Position numbers and translations under genes: made by a program
The notes under the pieces: model-generated
Told to the model about the DNA's origin: nothing
The model's database searches: none
The model's input: the letters and a program-made list of their open reading frames with translations, nothing else
Assembly: GCA_035084275.1 (NCBI GenBank)
Contig: CM068748.1
Coordinates: 4,092,001-4,156,000, forward strand
Direction of reading: 5' to 3'
Source of the DNA: Hydrolagus colliei
Lineage: Eukaryota
DNA length: 64,000 bases
Shown: positions 61,883-64,000 of the stretch, piece after piece
How positions within the stretch are numbered: the stretch's first letter is position 1
How the letters are laid out: each line of letters begins with the position of its first letter

Positions 61883-64000
61883 AAGGGTAAAGGGAAATAG
61901 ATGGAAAGAGGACAGCTGAAGGGAAAAAGTGATAGAGAGAGGAAATAGCGAAAGCATGACATTGGAAAATTAAGTTTTATTTTTACAAATGTTTGTATAT
62001 GGAGAAATAGAAACAGTGGAAAATAATGATAGCTGCAGAGAGAGATCTCATACTGAACTGGCATGAGTTCAGTTTGTTACTTTTTTAATGACATCCCAGA
62101 TACCTAAGGTGCTCAGCACTTTGCGTTACTCTAACTCGACAGAGGACAAGGACATTGATTGACACGCCATCTGGCCACACAGAAGTTACAACGCAATTGC
62201 CGACTTAATGACTGCACCAACCAAATCAGATTAATGGTAGCGTGGGGGTTTCTGTAATCATGGTAGATTGACTAGCAGTTTTTAATGTCACTCCCCAAAA
62301 TAAATCTCTCACCTGTAGAGCTATTTTAATGTTTAGTGTGCATTTTAAATCCGAAGCACCAAGCACCAAAAACCAATTAGAGAATTTATTTGCTTGTGTG
62401 AATTCTTTAATGCTACGTCAATAACCTTATACTGCTATACAATATGGCCTAAAATGCAGCCTTTATTGACTGTCATAAAGAAGCATTAAAAGCAGTGTTA
62501 CAAACGAGAGATAACATACTACGCAGGCTTTCTTTGCAACAGAAGCAATGTGCTATATACTGTAGAAATCCTCACAGATCAGTTAGCGTATTTACTCTAT
62601 TTTCATACAAGTGCATTTCAACAGACTTTCCCCACAAGCACAACTGCAAGTATTCCACAGCCACAGCTTTTTGGACAGGTTTTGGCCATTAGCTGGAGTA
62701 TTTGTTTCACTCCACTACATAATAAGTCTCTTTAGGTGCCCTTCACCCTTTATGTTAATCCGAGCCTGAATAGGGCTGAGTTTACTGCATCCCAGGCTGC
62801 CAATATAATAGCAACTGCCAAGAAATAAACTGAACAGGGTTTCAGTGAAAGGCACAGGTGTGTCACACTGTGGGTGTCGGAAATGGACCAGAAGAAATAG
62901 TCTGACTGGCATCACTTGGTTTCATTATCTTCTCCATAATTAGGCCACAGCTTAGATAGAACTTAACTTGTGCCATATGGGCTGATACTCCAGTGAAACC
63001 GACCCCCCGTGCTGGTGGCAGTCTGTCACAGTGAAGGCTGTCAGTGCTATACTAAGCACAACACATACATTAGCAAAAAAAGGTTCTGCGTCTCCAAGAA
63101 ATATGTGATTAAGCTTGAGGTTGCTGTAGAATCTGTAGAATTCAATATAGGCAAAAAACCCCAGCAGTTATCATTGTTTTTTTTTCAGTTATAATCTTTG
63201 AAGAACTGAATGGTTACTTTTGAATAACTTTTTCTATCGATTTCTATACAATTAATTTTTAGATATTGAGAGTAAATGAGGAGTAGAAAGGAATTTGTCA
63301 TTTTCGGCAGAATTATGCTGTTTATTTAGTGCGGGAGTCTTGCAGACAGTGATCCACATTCCTACACTGGTAATCGAATAGTTTATGCAATGGAGAGCAC
63401 TACTTGTATGTATTAAAAGCCCCACAGATTCCTGACTAATTAGCTATGTTCATTGGTATATTTTAAAATGAGGTCACAGCTCCGATAGAACAAAATTTAG
63501 CACAATTTTTTAGTTTAGCGCACAATTGGCTAAGACGAGGTGGAATTTCAGACCTACGATTTTGTTCACTCTTTGGTTGAAAACAAGAGCTCACAACTTA
63601 GCTGTCATTTTGTTCCAAGCTCCAGCGATGTTATTACCAGCATGCTGGGAGCCACTAACTATCTACAATAACGGAGCATGATTAGTCTGTTTATTTGACT
63701 TTAGTTCTGTACATACAGAATGGGAAGTCTCAATAGAAGATATATTAATGTTCTCATTACACACATAAATCTAGGTCTTTGAACCACAGGCCTTCAGGAA
63801 ATTGGGACATTATTCACATAGTTAAATAAGAAAGCGAAAACATTGAATTCCTTTGCTTAAAGGACATCTTATTCCTTTCAAAAAATAGTGGAATGGACGG
63901 ACCCATATCACAAATCAATTTATGTATCAAAGGAGGAAAAATTAGATAAAAATAGTGCACAGTGAGGAGAAACAAAACTCAAACCTGTCTGTCAGCTGCT

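Noticed and set aside
1-64000. The many 60-160 aa ORFs as host genes; prokaryotic systems (operons, CRISPR)
   Set aside because: The ORFs are short, overlap on both strands and often use non-ATG starts. Those with recognisable motifs are TE-derived. There is no regular repeat-spacer array with conserved repeats and no cas-like ORF.

Overview
AT-rich, CpG-depleted vertebrate non-coding DNA (a large intron or gene desert). The repeat content suggests a cartilaginous fish, most likely a chimaera: a young (GTT)n-tailed L2, many copies of an L2-tailed SINE, CR1 3' ends and old tRNA-SINEs. The taxon is an inference. I recognise no host protein-coding gene, RNA gene or CRISPR array, and the only long ORF (60927-61763) is L2 ORF2. 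Hand translation in all frames shows several transposon fossils: RTE, two Penelope-like pieces, a two-gene PIF/Harbinger (Myb/SANT plus HARBI1-type DDE, both on +), an R2-like reverse transcriptase and several CR1 and L2 remnants. The least explained structures are a degenerate 11 x ~45-bp (15-codon) repeat array with a related neighbouring block (37250-38433), a 70-bp direct repeat at 22.9/23.7 kb, a few isolated candidate exons and enhancer-like motif clusters including a perfect RFX X-box. Family names come from recalled motifs, not database searches. I see no convincing evidence for a wholly new biological system.
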